Shown: in pieces, positions 1-11,128 of the stretch
How the letters are laid out: each line of letters opens with the position of its first letter
Numbering within the stretch: the first letter of the stretch is position 1
Assembly (NCBI GenBank): GCA_946965045.2
Contig: OX337229.1
Location: 992,001 to 1,056,000 of the forward strand
Source: Epithemia pelagica
Lineage: Eukaryota > Protista > Bacillariophyta
DNA length: 64,000 bases
Direction of reading: 5' to 3'
The notes under the pieces: model-generated
What the model saw: the letters and a program-made list of their open reading frames with translations, nothing else
What the model was told of the DNA's origin: nothing
Database searches by the model: none
Made by a program: the position numbers and the translations under genes

Positions 1-318
1 GCCGCTTTTGGTGTCGGACCAGGTCAGACCACAGGGAACTCAATTGCCGACACTGGTGATGGAATCACCTCCAAGGATAGCGGCCTCGCCGTAGAGCCCG
101 AAGGAGGATCGGATACTGTTATCAAGGACAACGGAGTCAACAGTGACGGCCTTTATACACCTGCAAATACATTGGCTCTGAGCATGCTGGGAATGGCTTC
201 CGCTATTGTTATTTTTGTGGGATTCTTGTTCAGTGAGCGATCCACCCGCTTCCTCGTTCGATCGAATGACTCGAACGCTATGACAGACAGTAGCACATCG
301 TCAACCGTGTTTGTTTAG
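1..318 (+). CDS. 3' end of a membrane-anchored protein (runs off the window start)
   Basis: Frame 1 is open from base 1 to TAG at 316-318. It reads AAFGVGPGQTTG...LALSMLGMASAIVIFVGFLF..TVFV*, with a hydrophobic segment near the C-terminus. Not in the ORF track; translated by hand. Confidence 0.6.
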   Translation, partial: AAFGVGPGQTTGNSIADTGDGITSKDSGLAVEPEGGSDTVIKDNGVNSDGLYTPANTLALSMLGMASAIVIFVGFLFSERSTRFLVRSNDSNAMTDSSTSSTVFV

Positions 319-965
319 ACGAGGGTTTCGGTGACCGAGTTAGACGCACAGCCTCATATTCTCTGATCTTGCCATTCAACAAAGTCGAAAGACTCATACA
401 TAGACTCATTAAGAACAACTAGGGCTCGATCCATTTTCATGGTTTCATGTTTCCTTTTAGTTTGTTGAGGATTTGCGTTGATCAGAAGGAAAGATGTGTT
501 CATATTTCCATGATGGTTCCGAGATCTACCCCCGAAATGGTCCCATAGATTAGATTCACCAGTTGTTGTTCTCTCTCATAGGGTGCACCTTCCAATTTCA
601 ATCTCTCAGCATGGTCTTCCCTTTTTTGTCGCCTAGTGCGCGGGACGATCAAACATAGCCTATTGCTTTGTACCTTGTCTATGTTTTGTGAGTAACTCAT
701 GTTGTAAATATCATCGTTAATAATCTTCCATCGATATTGACTTTTCGATTTCATTCAAGTAATCGGTAGCCTTTCAATAACTCAGTTTTACCCATTGCTC
801 TATCCCTTCAAATCCCAATAACATTGACTCCACAGCAGACAAACACCGTTCACGATCGGTTTGACGTTCACCGCTCGCTGGTAAACCTTTTTGTCTCTCT
901 GGAGCAAACCAGGTTCGGTTCCTCTTGTTCTTGATCTCTGTCATTTATCCCATTACACACACATC

Positions 966-2435
966 TTACTTCTTTGGTGCAACTCCCTTGGTCTTACCGG
1001 GTGGTGACGATGATACTCCACGCTTGGCGGATGCCGTTGTGGCTGTCTTTGCCTTGTTGACCAACGGTTTTGTGGGTGCCGTCGTCTTGGCCACTGGAGT
1101 CTTTGCTGCTGTTACGGCTCCCTTGGCAACGGGAGCTTTGGTTGGTGCCGGTTCGGTAGTTTTCTTGACCATGGCGGCTGGTTCGGACTTCTTGACGGCA
1201 GGTGTTTCGGTCGATACTGGATCCGTAGAAGCGGGTGGGTCGACTGATTTGGTGCCTTTGGAGTTGAGATCCTTTGTGATATTCGTCGAATCTATCTTGG
1301 ATGATGATTCTGGAGTCGCACCAGCATCATTCGTCTTGCTGGTCTCCGACTTGGGACCAAGAGTCGTCCAGGTTCGTTCAATCAGTGTTTGAAGAATTAC
1401 ATCCGAAGACGATTCCTGCTTCTTCATCAAGTACCACTTATTTACATTGGGCCAGTTTCGACAAACCTTGTGTACAGTGGAACCCAAGCGATTCCATTCG
1501 GAGAGTGTATACTTGCTTTCAGTAGTTTCCATTGACTGGTAACGGCTGCTGTCAATGAACACCAAGCTTACAGGAGGAGGCGTTTGTTGCGGGTATCGAG
1601 TGCCGCGACGAAAGGTAATATTGCGATCCAACCACACTTTCCAAAGATTGAGCGTTTCCTCGTTTGCCTTATCATCTGACGAACGGCTCAACAAATCCAA
1701 AACCAAAACGACATGATGAACGGATGGCAATAGGGAATAGTTCCAACTAGCCGGAGGCTGATCCTTGGCGGTACAATCCACATTGAACACGTGCAAACGA
1801 ACCGTCTCATTGACACTGGCAGAAGACTCGAAGGAATAATCCTTGGAGGAGTAATTCATGGCAAAGGGCGACGACGAAGTTGCCTCGGGCGAGGTAGGGA
1901 TTCCAGTCATCCACTGTGTTTTCCCAGCTGTTGCAGGTCCCACGACCAACACTTTCATGTACTTGGTCGGTTCGGGTGGGTCCACTGAGGGAGGACTAGG
2001 GATTTTGGTACCTTCTTTCGTAGTGTCTGCTCGCTGAATCTCCACATCCTGTCGTCGGCGTTTGTTGCTACTCGACGTGATACCGTTTGCAGCTTCAGGC
2101 GAGTCCTTACTGCTGTCAACCAAGGAGCGATCTCGCTTCTTGTTGCTGCTGTCAATCGCATCATTGTTCTTGGCAGTCGCACGAGGCGGCGAATGATGAT
2201 CGGGAGATACAATCGCAGGTGCTACAACCGGAGTTCCTGTCGACGAAGTCTTTTTGATCAAGGAAGCTGCAGGCGTTGCCGCAGTGCTTGTTTTGGTCGA
2301 ACTGGTGGCTGTTTTCGGAGCCGAGGACTTGGCCGCAGGTGGAGAGGACTTGCGAGTAGCCGAGGATTTGTTCATGGTTTGCGCCGGAGCTGATCGAGCG
2401 GCTGGATTGACTTTCTTCTTAACGTTCGCTGGCAT
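966..2435 (-). CDS. Degenerate Ras/Rab-like small GTPase domain flanked by Lys/Ala/Pro/Thr-rich low-complexity tails
   Basis: KVLVVGPATAGKT is P-loop-like, followed by 'VRLHVFNVD' and 'HHVVLVLDL' strands in small-GTPase order. DxxG and NKxD motifs are not canonical. Likely ATG at 2435 (MPANVKKK). Confidence 0.6.
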   Translation of the reverse strand: MPANVKKKVNPAARSAPAQTMNKSSATRKSSPPAAKSSAPKTATSSTKTSTAATPAASLIKKTSSTGTPVVAPAIVSPDHHSPPRATAKNNDAIDSSNKKRDRSLVDSSKDSPEAANGITSSSNKRRRQDVEIQRADTTKEGTKIPSPPSVDPPEPTKYMKVLVVGPATAGKTQWMTGIPTSPEATSSSPFAMNYSSKDYSFESSASVNETVRLHVFNVDCTAKDQPPASWNYSLLPSVHHVVLVLDLLSRSSDDKANEETLNLWKVWLDRNITFRRGTRYPQQTPPPVSLVFIDSSRYQSMETTESKYTLSEWNRLGSTVHKVCRNWPNVNKWYLMKKQESSSDVILQTLIERTWTTLGPKSETSKTNDAGATPESSSKIDSTNITKDLNSKGTKSVDPPASTDPVSTETPAVKKSEPAAMVKKTTEPAPTKAPVAKGAVTAAKTPVAKTTAPTKPLVNKAKTATTASAKRGVSSSPPGKTKGVAPKK

Positions 2436-3004
2436 TGTTGTTGTTAGTCCTAAGGAGACGAGAGAAGGAATCAATGTCGTTCAATCAATCAATGTGGAAA
2501 GGTGTGGATCCACTTTCGATTCGAAAAGTTGTTGTGGCGATGCAAGATGGCAATTGAAATGCCACCAACCGCCAAAAAGGTGCGGAGCAGATTTCAGATT
2601 TCGGCAGTGATGGTACTAAGCCTCCGCGCGTCAAATCATTCGTGGTACTTTATTCAATACAGTTTGATAATTCCGATAGCGCTATAGATTGTATCTCGTT
2701 GTGCACCCTCGAGCTCGCCGTCTCGCTGACACCTACACAAACAATCATAGTGTTTTGAGTGCTGCTCCGCTCGAAAGATTTTGGCGGTTGATGGTCCATG
2801 GCCTTTTGGGTCTTGGGTACGACTTTTACGGGATCTACCTACTCTGGTGTCTCGCGACTGACATCCATTTCAGGCGTCTGTTCCGCGTCCTCTTTGATGT
2901 CTCAAGATCTGACGCATCAGCGTGGATCGTTCCATCCATCAGAGGCAATGGAATAGAGAGTCACGTTGCCGGCATTCGAGTACCAAGAGAAACAAAAGTG
3001 CAGC

Positions 3005-3703
3005 ATGTTACGATCCTCCTGGCATCTCTTCTGTTTGGCAGTATGCACAAGCAACCTATCCGTTCTTGCTTGGACCATCCTGGATGGAGAATCTAGTCCA
3101 CTGTCTCGTCGAACCGTGCTACAGCATGCCAAAGGATTCATGATTGCCAGTGTCACCGGCAGTGCCACCTCGTCTTTCTTCTTGGACCAAGCCGCTCATG
3201 CCGCTGGAACCGATTTAAAGGAAGATTATCGTCAAGGTACAGCTGCATTGGCCGATATGGACGATGCGGCTCCGGTGCCACGAGAGGCCTACAAAAAGCT
3301 CGAGTCTGGGGTCATTTATGCCGATCTCTTGCCAGGACGACCCGATGGACCCACGGTAGGACTGTCAAGTCGCGTCAATTTGCAGTGGGTCTTGCGTCGC
3401 TCCAATGGTTACTTTGTCGATTCGAGTCAAGTGCAAGACTCGGTACCCTTCATTTTTACCGTGGGCGATGGCAAGGCCATTGCTGGTGTGGATGAAGGTG
3501 TTCGAGGGATGAAAGAAGGAGGTGTACGCCGCATCTTGATTCCTCCCTCCTTGGCCTATGTGGAGGGCTTGGAGGATGGTAAGCCGGGACCTTTGCCGGC
3601 CGGATATGGACCACGACAACAAATGCGCCGTGTCCAGTTGGTGAGAAAAGATGTACCCGGAGAATACGTGTTCTTGGAAGTACAAGCTACTCGAGTGCGA
3701 TAA
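3005..3703 (+). CDS. FKBP-type peptidyl-prolyl isomerase, probably thylakoid lumen
   Basis: FKBP core PFIFTVGDGKAIAGVDEGVRGMKEGGVRRILIPPSLAY. The N-terminus has a signal peptide, a twin-Arg motif (SRRTVL) and an AHA cleavage site, consistent with Tat import. Confidence 0.88.
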   Translation: MLRSSWHLFCLAVCTSNLSVLAWTILDGESSPLSRRTVLQHAKGFMIASVTGSATSSFFLDQAAHAAGTDLKEDYRQGTAALADMDDAAPVPREAYKKLESGVIYADLLPGRPDGPTVGLSSRVNLQWVLRRSNGYFVDSSQVQDSVPFIFTVGDGKAIAGVDEGVRGMKEGGVRRILIPPSLAYVEGLEDGKPGPLPAGYGPRQQMRRVQLVRKDVPGEYVFLEVQATRVR

Positions 3704-4634
3704 GATGTATGATGACGAATGAAAATGGTCCAGGCAGATGAACCAACAATTGGTTTGATGGACGGGGTGGCGATCGGTGGAGTCAAAGCTACTGTTGGCA
3801 CAGACAGCCGGAGGTTTCGTTCTACCTAGTAGATGAATCCTAGTAGATATGTAGCTCGAATTTGGATCTTTCCCCGTTCTAACCATCCCATGTTTGCGGA
3901 AGCAGTCCTGTTATTGAAAATTTTGGGAGTATGTAGTGATAGGGTCGACACTTTCCTGGATGGGATTCAAAAATTTTCTCTCGTTCTAGTCGACTACATA
4001 AAACATGAGATGTTGTGGGTGGTGGGACTTGGACAAGTATGAAATTCAGATTTCTCCATCTCGTATTCTCTCCAACTCCCAAAGAATGTTGTTGGAGTCG
4101 AGACAGAGGGCATGGGAATCTGGGAATGGGACGACTCGCGCTCCCGCGTTCTGTCGGCGGAGTTGGAGAACTCGAAAGTCGAAAATGTGAGAAAGCGACA
4201 TGCGAATGGATCCCACAAGATACGAAGTGGTCTCTTGAATTTTCTAAGCCCCAAAATCTGGCGAGGATATCTATCCATTTCCACGTAAGAACCTACCAGC
4301 CGGCGTGTCACACAAGTCTATCTATCTGTATCTAGACCGCGCGTGACAATCTGTGTGACAGGAGAAAGTGACAAACCATACAGTATTTAGCCCCTTTTCT
4401 ACACTATTACGCAATTGCTTAAAGCTGGCGCGAAATTTCTTGCATAGCCCTTACTCCGAGCGTGCCGACATTCTCTTCTTGGTCCAGCGCATGAATGATG
4501 AGTGATGAGTGTAACCCTGTAACCTCTGCGCCACACAAGATCGACTTGAGCTTGTCTCGACCAGCCGTAGATCAAAGGAATCGCTAGTGAGAGCTTATAA
4601 AGAGGGATATCGTTGTCGAGCTTAGCGTGTGAAG

Positions 4635-6191
4635 ATGTCAACAACCATTTTATACGCTTCTCGTGTCGGCGTTGAGGAAGTCGCGCTCAATGATGTTCCT
4701 TCCATCGTAAGCGACGGAGATAGCTACACTCGATCATCCAAAGAAGCTCCAGGCACAAGCAAACTCCACTACAGTCCAACGACGCCCTTACTGATGAAGC
4801 GTTCCATGTTTGATAGCCCGGAAGACTATGATATTTCATCACCAAGTGAATCACCTGTAACAGTCGCCGTGGAGCCATTTCAATGGAAATCTACCATTTC
4901 GTTTGGCGACACCGGGGCTGAAGTAACACTCGAAGAAGAACAGGAGAATGGACTGGACAGCGATGGTTTCAATCAGTTTTGCAGAAAAATGGATGCTGCA
5001 GCCACACCTGCCAAAGGGAGTCGAATGGACGAATCACTCCTCGATAACATGTCGGCATGCACTCCTGGAAGTCCAGAAACTCCCTTGAAAACTCCATTTT
5101 GTGGGTTGTATGGATGTCTTCCTCAATCAGTTGCGTCACGGTGTAGAAATGATATGCACTGTGACGATCAAAGTCTTCGACTCCAAGGTTGTATTCTCAC
5201 GAGTCTAGGTTCTCAAGCAGAAGGAGAAAGTTGGCATCATCTTGCTCCTCCGCTGACCTACGACACCGTGATCGAAGAAGACGAGCATCTCCACGAATTT
5301 AATAAGAGCTGCCCTTCACCACATCAACTACGCGTCATGCACAATCGTGCCATGCATTCAAAACTCAAATCGGATAGACTCAAAAAACTTCGCCGTGATC
5401 TCCATCCGTTCGGTCAGACTCATCAGAATCGGGCGTTGAATCGCGTGAACTCACTTACAACACCCATTCGACCAAAGCAGAAGAAAGGAAAAGCTTCTGA
5501 AACTAACCTCACTTCTGCATGGCACTGGAGCTGCCACTCAGATTATGCGGTTCACCCGTCATCTCCTCGTACTTTGGTTGAAGTTGATCAAAAGGACTGC
5601 TACGATAGCGACCCTGAAGACTATCAAGAAACCAGAGTGCGACGGAACGTATCGTTTCATTCCGAGGATGATACAAACTTCAGTGGTGCGCGTAATGACG
5701 ATGACGTTGCTTTGCTTTCATTGGTTCAACATATTTTCAAGAAACGGTGGACTCTTATTCATCATCAAGAAGGAGGAAAACCTCTGGGTGTCGAAGCTTG
5801 GCTGGAACGTGGGCAGCGTCTTCACAGAGTCACATTACCACCCAAGATAGTATGGCTACCTTTGGAAGAGAAATCCAATAAGGTGTCGACGAACCAAGGA
5901 GCTGAGTTCACAGGAATTGACCTCTTGGATATTCAACGTATTCTGGAAGTATCGCGTGTTGACAGGGAGGCTTTTCCGTTTGCTAATCCTCGACGATCCT
6001 TCATTATCAAAACACTTCACGGTCGCTCCTGCTTGGAAGCACGCTCTGTGACTGATCGAGACCGCATCGTCCGCCAACTGAAAATGACAGTTGCACGATT
6101 CGGTTCGCAATTGGTTTCGGGAGACCCCCGTGTGGAAGATTTCTTTGTACCGCTTTCGCATGCTCGTCCAGTTGAGCCCAACATTATGTGA
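4635..6191 (+). CDS. Hypothetical protein: disordered N-terminus and C-terminal PH-like globular domain
   Basis: Intronless ORF of ~518 aa. The C-terminal segment (IDLLDIQRIL...RSFIIKT...LEARSVTDRDRIVRQLK) has a PH-like pattern of strands followed by a helix. Confidence 0.6.
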   Translation: MSTTILYASRVGVEEVALNDVPSIVSDGDSYTRSSKEAPGTSKLHYSPTTPLLMKRSMFDSPEDYDISSPSESPVTVAVEPFQWKSTISFGDTGAEVTLEEEQENGLDSDGFNQFCRKMDAAATPAKGSRMDESLLDNMSACTPGSPETPLKTPFCGLYGCLPQSVASRCRNDMHCDDQSLRLQGCILTSLGSQAEGESWHHLAPPLTYDTVIEEDEHLHEFNKSCPSPHQLRVMHNRAMHSKLKSDRLKKLRRDLHPFGQTHQNRALNRVNSLTTPIRPKQKKGKASETNLTSAWHWSCHSDYAVHPSSPRTLVEVDQKDCYDSDPEDYQETRVRRNVSFHSEDDTNFSGARNDDDVALLSLVQHIFKKRWTLIHHQEGGKPLGVEAWLERGQRLHRVTLPPKIVWLPLEEKSNKVSTNQGAEFTGIDLLDIQRILEVSRVDREAFPFANPRRSFIIKTLHGRSCLEARSVTDRDRIVRQLKMTVARFGSQLVSGDPRVEDFFVPLSHARPVEPNIM

Positions 6192-6312
6192 AGAATTGGC
6201 TTTTACATAGGTTTCCCTGAAGATAAGGGATTGCCACAACCTGCACATGCTATAATCCTTTTCACCTGTTAATTACTAGCTTACCGTTTGGGTACGTGGA
6301 CATGAATTAGTT

Positions 6313-9291
6313 TTATCTCACTACAAGAGAAGTTTTGGATTCCGTCGTTGTACCATCCGTCGGATTCTTGTCTTCAACGTAGTATTTTGGATACACACGT
6401 TTGTATAAGGGGAGGCATACGGTATCATGCTGTTTAATGGGCGCGTTGAAAAGACATTTCATTGTTCCATGTTCGCCAACACTTTGTATAATGTTCCCTC
6501 TCAGTCCATGTTTCGTGTGTAGCTCCGCCGGCTTGAACCACTTGACATCATCGGGATTGTAAAACATGTATTTCACAGTTGCATGTCGTTTGTGGACACG
6601 AACAGGGTATCCAGTCAGAACTATGCGTTTGACGACAATCCGATCTGCATCAGCGTTCATCATGGTACCAGCAACCACCAAATCCACTCGACCACCTTGT
6701 CCGTCGTCCTGTTGTTGAATCTGCCGACCGTCTCGAAATACCAATACTGGACAGGGTGTGTACGTAACTGGCCCAAAAACACTTGCGGCAAAGTAGGCAC
6801 CACCTGTAGGAAGAAACCGTTCAAACTTGTGTTTGTTACAATTCAGATTGTTTTGGCTGAATATAGGCCGCGCTTGCCACGTACGCCAGCCACATCGAAA
6901 GGTCAATGTATCTTTGCTCTTGATCGGAACGCTCTCATTCTCATCGCCATCACCGTCCTCGAGGTTTGATGCCATTTTTGCTGTTTGGCAAAGTCCCATG
7001 TGCAAAACCGAAACCTTGTTTTCGTGTTCCAATAGTGCAACTGCCGTTAGGAGTGACTTTGGAGAAACGCGAGACATTGATTCTTTTGCAATGCCACCCA
7101 GAGTTACTTTTACATAAGTCCCGGAAGGAACACACCCCTCCAGCGGATCAAAGGATTCCTCGTCGCTGTTCTCGCTCACCATATGCTCATCTTCATCTGT
7201 CGGTTCACGCGGCGATTTACCAAAAAAGTTGCCTAGTGTTGAGTCAGCAGCGCGAATGGTTTCCTTCATGTCATTCATTACAGTTCGTTGCGTTGCTTTG
7301 AAGCTGGAGATGTGATAGACTGTTGCATAGGATTCGGGGAGACTTTCTTTGGGATCCCAGATCGACTTTTTAAAACTCTTCAGAGACCGATAACGAGCAA
7401 ATCGTTCGCACGCCTTGTCATCTTCTCCTACCTGCACCTCATCCGGAAACTCTTCATGCTCCGTCTGTTCCTTCTTTCGCTGTTCTATTAAAGACTGTCT
7501 CTCTGTCTGGGAAATATCATTGGCATCCTCCAAGTCGATATCATTCATACCAACCGATGCGTCCGTTTTCTTCAAATTTAATTCCTCCGCCAACTCTCCA
7601 CGGTCTTTTGCTTCCGCTTCGTCCTCATCTTCTACGGCATCTAACCAAGCCGACTGATAGTCAGACCATCCGGCTGGCCTGGAAATTGGACCGTCTTCTT
7701 CCTCATCTTTTTCTTCCATATCTTCGTCATCAAACCCAATCAAGTTTTGTTCGCCAGTCAGAGCATCCGGAGTAGCAAACATGTTCAAGCTGTCTTGTTG
7801 CTCTGCGTCAGCTACTAATATATTGTTACTTTGATCCTCCATGGACACATCGGTAGCAATATTGCTCTTTTTGTGTTTTTGTCGTCGTTGGAGTACGATT
7901 GGAGGCTCTTGTTTGGAAATGGAAACAGGCGCAAATGTGCCCAAACAAGGAATATGGAGCAAGGAATGAACATCCATGGGAGCAATGCCACGAAGGTAAC
8001 CTTTGATAGACAGTTCCTTGGATGCTTCATTGTATTCGAAACAATCGGAAAGTAGGTATGTGCGTGGAGAATTGGCAACCCATTTGGAAGGCGAACAGGA
8101 CATGCTGCACACAGTGCGAATGAAACTGGCCGGTGAGGAGAGGGCTGAAGTTGTCAAGGCTGTACTGGTGTCTTGTACACGGTTCACAGCAGGTATATCC
8201 TCCTCCATAGTCCCTACTTGGCTTTGTGAAGACGAAAAGGACGACAAATCGACTTCAACCACCTTATCATTGCCACTGCCAAATTCAGTGGTCGCAAACC
8301 GACTCACATACTTCTTCAGGTCCAGTCGTCTCTTGACACTGGATCGTCGTACACTCTTGACACTTTGAAAGGTCATTTGATCATGATCATTCATTTCGTG
8401 CTGCTGTTGTTCCATGGTTTGCAGAGCATCGGGTTGAGTGTGTGCCAAGACGGTCAAAATAGTGGGTAACCCTTGAGCCTTGAGTGCCGTCAATATGCGG
8501 TCCCCTCGATCACTAATCAAATGATCCCATTTCGTGCTACCACTGGTTGTCGTGGTTCTGCCACCACCAGTCGTCGTGGACCTTGCATCGCCGCCCATAC
8601 CAATTTGCATATCCAAAATGGGGTCGTCATCCACAAAGTGTTTGGATCCATGTGGAAGTATTGGGCCATTGCCGTCTACAACAAATACAAGCAAATCGGC
8701 AATCCGAGCCAAATCCAAGGCAGCCAGGACAGATGCACCATCGTCATTGTCTTCTTTGGTGTCGGAAGATTCTTGGTAATGAGAGGCAAAGGCTGTCTGA
8801 CACGTCAAGAGTGTGAGCAACCCATCCTTTTTATGAACATTGTGTTTGACGGTCCAAGTGGCTTGTTCGTTTCCATCATGCGTTCGAACTTGATGATCTG
8901 AACCTTGGGCAAGAAAGTGTCGAAGTCGTTCTTCAAGATGCAATGAAGCGTCGGAAGAGACGTTAACTCCCAGAGCTATAATGCCCACCACACGTGCAGG
9001 GGGTCCCCCCGTAATGGCACCACTTGCATGAGTCGTTGTCGACGCTGCTGTTATTCCTCGTCGTTTTCGCAATATCTCGTCTCGTTTATTGCGACGAATC
9101 TGTTCTTGCCGGTGTCGACGATCTGTTTTGGATTGCTGAATTTGACGTTCGAGCAAGGAAGTGGAGCCACTCTTACCATTGGCCACCTTGCCCCCAGCCG
9201 ATCGCGCTAGACTTCGTTTCGACGATTTGGATCGTTTATTCTTTTTGTTGCTTTGTTTCAGAGCACCTGCTCGATGATGATGACCCGGCAT
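6313..9291 (-). CDS. TSR1: Pre-rRNA-processing protein TSR1 (BMS1/TSR1 family)
   Basis: 992 aa. N-terminal HRAGALKQSNKKNK; RFARYRSLKSF..SIWDPKESLP; C-terminal RIVVKRIVLTGYPVRVHKRHATVKYMFYNPDDVKWFKP...TVCLPLYKRVYPK. Confidence 0.95.
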   Translation of the reverse strand: MPGHHHRAGALKQSNKKNKRSKSSKRSLARSAGGKVANGKSGSTSLLERQIQQSKTDRRHRQEQIRRNKRDEILRKRRGITAASTTTHASGAITGGPPARVVGIIALGVNVSSDASLHLEERLRHFLAQGSDHQVRTHDGNEQATWTVKHNVHKKDGLLTLLTCQTAFASHYQESSDTKEDNDDGASVLAALDLARIADLLVFVVDGNGPILPHGSKHFVDDDPILDMQIGMGGDARSTTTGGGRTTTTSGSTKWDHLISDRGDRILTALKAQGLPTILTVLAHTQPDALQTMEQQQHEMNDHDQMTFQSVKSVRRSSVKRRLDLKKYVSRFATTEFGSGNDKVVEVDLSSFSSSQSQVGTMEEDIPAVNRVQDTSTALTTSALSSPASFIRTVCSMSCSPSKWVANSPRTYLLSDCFEYNEASKELSIKGYLRGIAPMDVHSLLHIPCLGTFAPVSISKQEPPIVLQRRQKHKKSNIATDVSMEDQSNNILVADAEQQDSLNMFATPDALTGEQNLIGFDDEDMEEKDEEEDGPISRPAGWSDYQSAWLDAVEDEDEAEAKDRGELAEELNLKKTDASVGMNDIDLEDANDISQTERQSLIEQRKKEQTEHEEFPDEVQVGEDDKACERFARYRSLKSFKKSIWDPKESLPESYATVYHISSFKATQRTVMNDMKETIRAADSTLGNFFGKSPREPTDEDEHMVSENSDEESFDPLEGCVPSGTYVKVTLGGIAKESMSRVSPKSLLTAVALLEHENKVSVLHMGLCQTAKMASNLEDGDGDENESVPIKSKDTLTFRCGWRTWQARPIFSQNNLNCNKHKFERFLPTGGAYFAASVFGPVTYTPCPVLVFRDGRQIQQQDDGQGGRVDLVVAGTMMNADADRIVVKRIVLTGYPVRVHKRHATVKYMFYNPDDVKWFKPAELHTKHGLRGNIIQSVGEHGTMKCLFNAPIKQHDTVCLPLYKRVYPKYYVEDKNPTDGTTTESKTSLVVR

Positions 9292-9699
9292 TGCTCTCCA
9301 ATCGTTCTCCCACTTTCTGTCTTTGCCTCAAGAGGGAGGATCAACTCCATCGTTTTCTTTTCTCGTTCCGAATTGGTGGATGGAGATGGAGATGGAGAGG
9401 TACGAACGTACATAGGCCAGACATTATAAGGACTCAGTCGCCCTTCTTTCCCCGTCACCAAAATCCTCCGCGACCCCAAATACCTTCTTTCAAAAGAAGA
9501 TCCAAAATAGAAAAGGTTGTGGAGGTTGAGAGCATTATTGTCAACCAGAGCTTCTCTCTTGTCGAAAGGAGACTGTCTCTGATACTCAAGTCCGTTGGTG
9601 GAGAGGTTTCCGTTTCTTCGTTGATATTTATCGATGCAAATTCCGTCTTCGTTGGTTCACTGCGCAGCGAGTACTTGCCGGGCGTTGCCAGGCCGGTCC

Positions 9700-10563
9700 A
9701 TGCTGTCTTCTCGCTTGCAAACTGCTGTACATGATGGTAAAACAACATGTCGAAGCAGTATAACCATTCTTTTCTTGACCAAACGTCATGGTTCATCCTT
9801 CTTGGCATCTTCGTCGTCGTCGTCCGTGTACCCACCCAGGTATCCACAACACGAACGACTCGCACAGTTTCCTGGTACACCTACAATTTATCCAAGGATT
9901 ACTCGTCGTTGGATGGGAAGCAAAGTTGGGGGTGGCGGACCTCCCGGTGAAATTCTCGTGGAAAATGAACAGTCGGAACTCAAGGGAGTGGATGTGATTC
10001 AACTCGAAAAAACCATTGAACGAATCCGGCTTTGGCTGGGATATGAGACCTATGATGTGAATTTGTTCTTAATTGATGATGAAGAAATGCAAGAAACCAA
10101 TTTCAACACTCGAAAAATCGATGAAGCAACCGATATCCTGTCCTATCCTCTCCATTCCGCCTCAAAGCCTGGTAAACTTATCAAGCCATCTCAAAATTTT
10201 GCTCATTTATATTCCTTGGGAGAAATGCTTATCGACGTTCCCTATGTGATGCGTCGATGCAAGGAAGATGAAGAGTACTTTGCTGAATATGGAAAATTTG
10301 AATACGAAGACGACGGAAGCTTGTTTTACGACGATCGAGGTGTCTCGGCTGCCATGTCCTATGTGTTTGATCCAGAACTTCGATTGCACATGTTACTCGT
10401 CCATGGTATGCTTCACCTGGTTGGATACGATCACATCAAAGATAAGGACTACAAACTCATGGTTCGCGAAGAAGAGAAATTGCTGAGACATTTGGGGTTG
10501 CCGACGGCAACCAACAACTCATTGTGCTCTCCGCACGGCAACCATAGCACCATTGCGCTCTAG
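9700..10563 (+). CDS. ybeY: YbeY/UPF0054 metal-dependent endoribonuclease with N-terminal organellar-targeting extension
   Basis: Signature HGMLHLVGYDH, ATDILSYP, LGEMLIDVPYV and LMVREEEKLL. Ser-rich N-terminal extension; the start codon is uncertain. Confidence 0.9.
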   Translation: MLSSRLQTAVHDGKTTCRSSITILFLTKRHGSSFLASSSSSSVYPPRYPQHERLAQFPGTPTIYPRITRRWMGSKVGGGGPPGEILVENEQSELKGVDVIQLEKTIERIRLWLGYETYDVNLFLIDDEEMQETNFNTRKIDEATDILSYPLHSASKPGKLIKPSQNFAHLYSLGEMLIDVPYVMRRCKEDEEYFAEYGKFEYEDDGSLFYDDRGVSAAMSYVFDPELRLHMLLVHGMLHLVGYDHIKDKDYKLMVREEEKLLRHLGLPTATNNSLCSPHGNHSTIAL

Positions 10564-10897
10564 GTAGTTGCACTAACTTTAAATCAAGACTCTCACGCGT
10601 CACGTGAAACGACGATGGTTGCTGTGTTGGGAAGCCTAGACGGACTGTCAGTTTGCTTTTCAGAGAAAATACTCGAGGCGATAAGCTGGCGAGTGCTCGG
10701 TGAACACAACATCCTGACATGATCGGCAAGGCATCCATGTACCATTTTGCTTCGACTATTTTGGTCTTGTCTGTTTGGGAAAAGCCAGCAACCCGCGACT
10801 TTGAAAAGAGCGAGTCATTTGGTTACGTTGCGACTGGTCAATTTGTGAGACGATCGTTGGCCGAGAGACCACCAACTACCGCGACCCAGTAAACCTG

Positions 10898-10924
10898 GAA
10901 CACCACCGATATCTGCAGCCTAGG
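10898..10924 (+). repeat. Left terminal inverted repeat
   Basis: GAACACCACCGATATCTGCAGCCTAGG; the reverse complement of 16037-16063 is GAACACCACCGATATTCGTAGCCTAGG. Confidence 0.88.
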
Positions 10925-11128
10925 TTCATTTTTCGGGTCAGCCTTGATGGGTAAGAAGGTTTCAACGCATCTCGTCACGCCGGCATAATCACTGAAATTC
11001 ACTATTGTAAATATTGTAGGATACCGTTTCGTGTACGTTATTATAAATCTTGAATCTACTTATGTATTCGAACATCCACAAGACTATTTAGGAACGAGAA
11101 AAATCTAGCGAGCGAGCCTGAGTCGTGG

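Noticed and set aside
925-1392. 155-aa plus-strand hydrophobic ORF
   Set aside because: Antisense shadow of the Lys/Thr/Ala-rich tail of the minus-strand gene at 966-2435.
9455-9880. 141-aa minus-strand ORF between TSR1 and YbeY
   Set aside because: Overlaps the YbeY 5' region antisense, has no recognisable motif and has no supported splice connection to TSR1.
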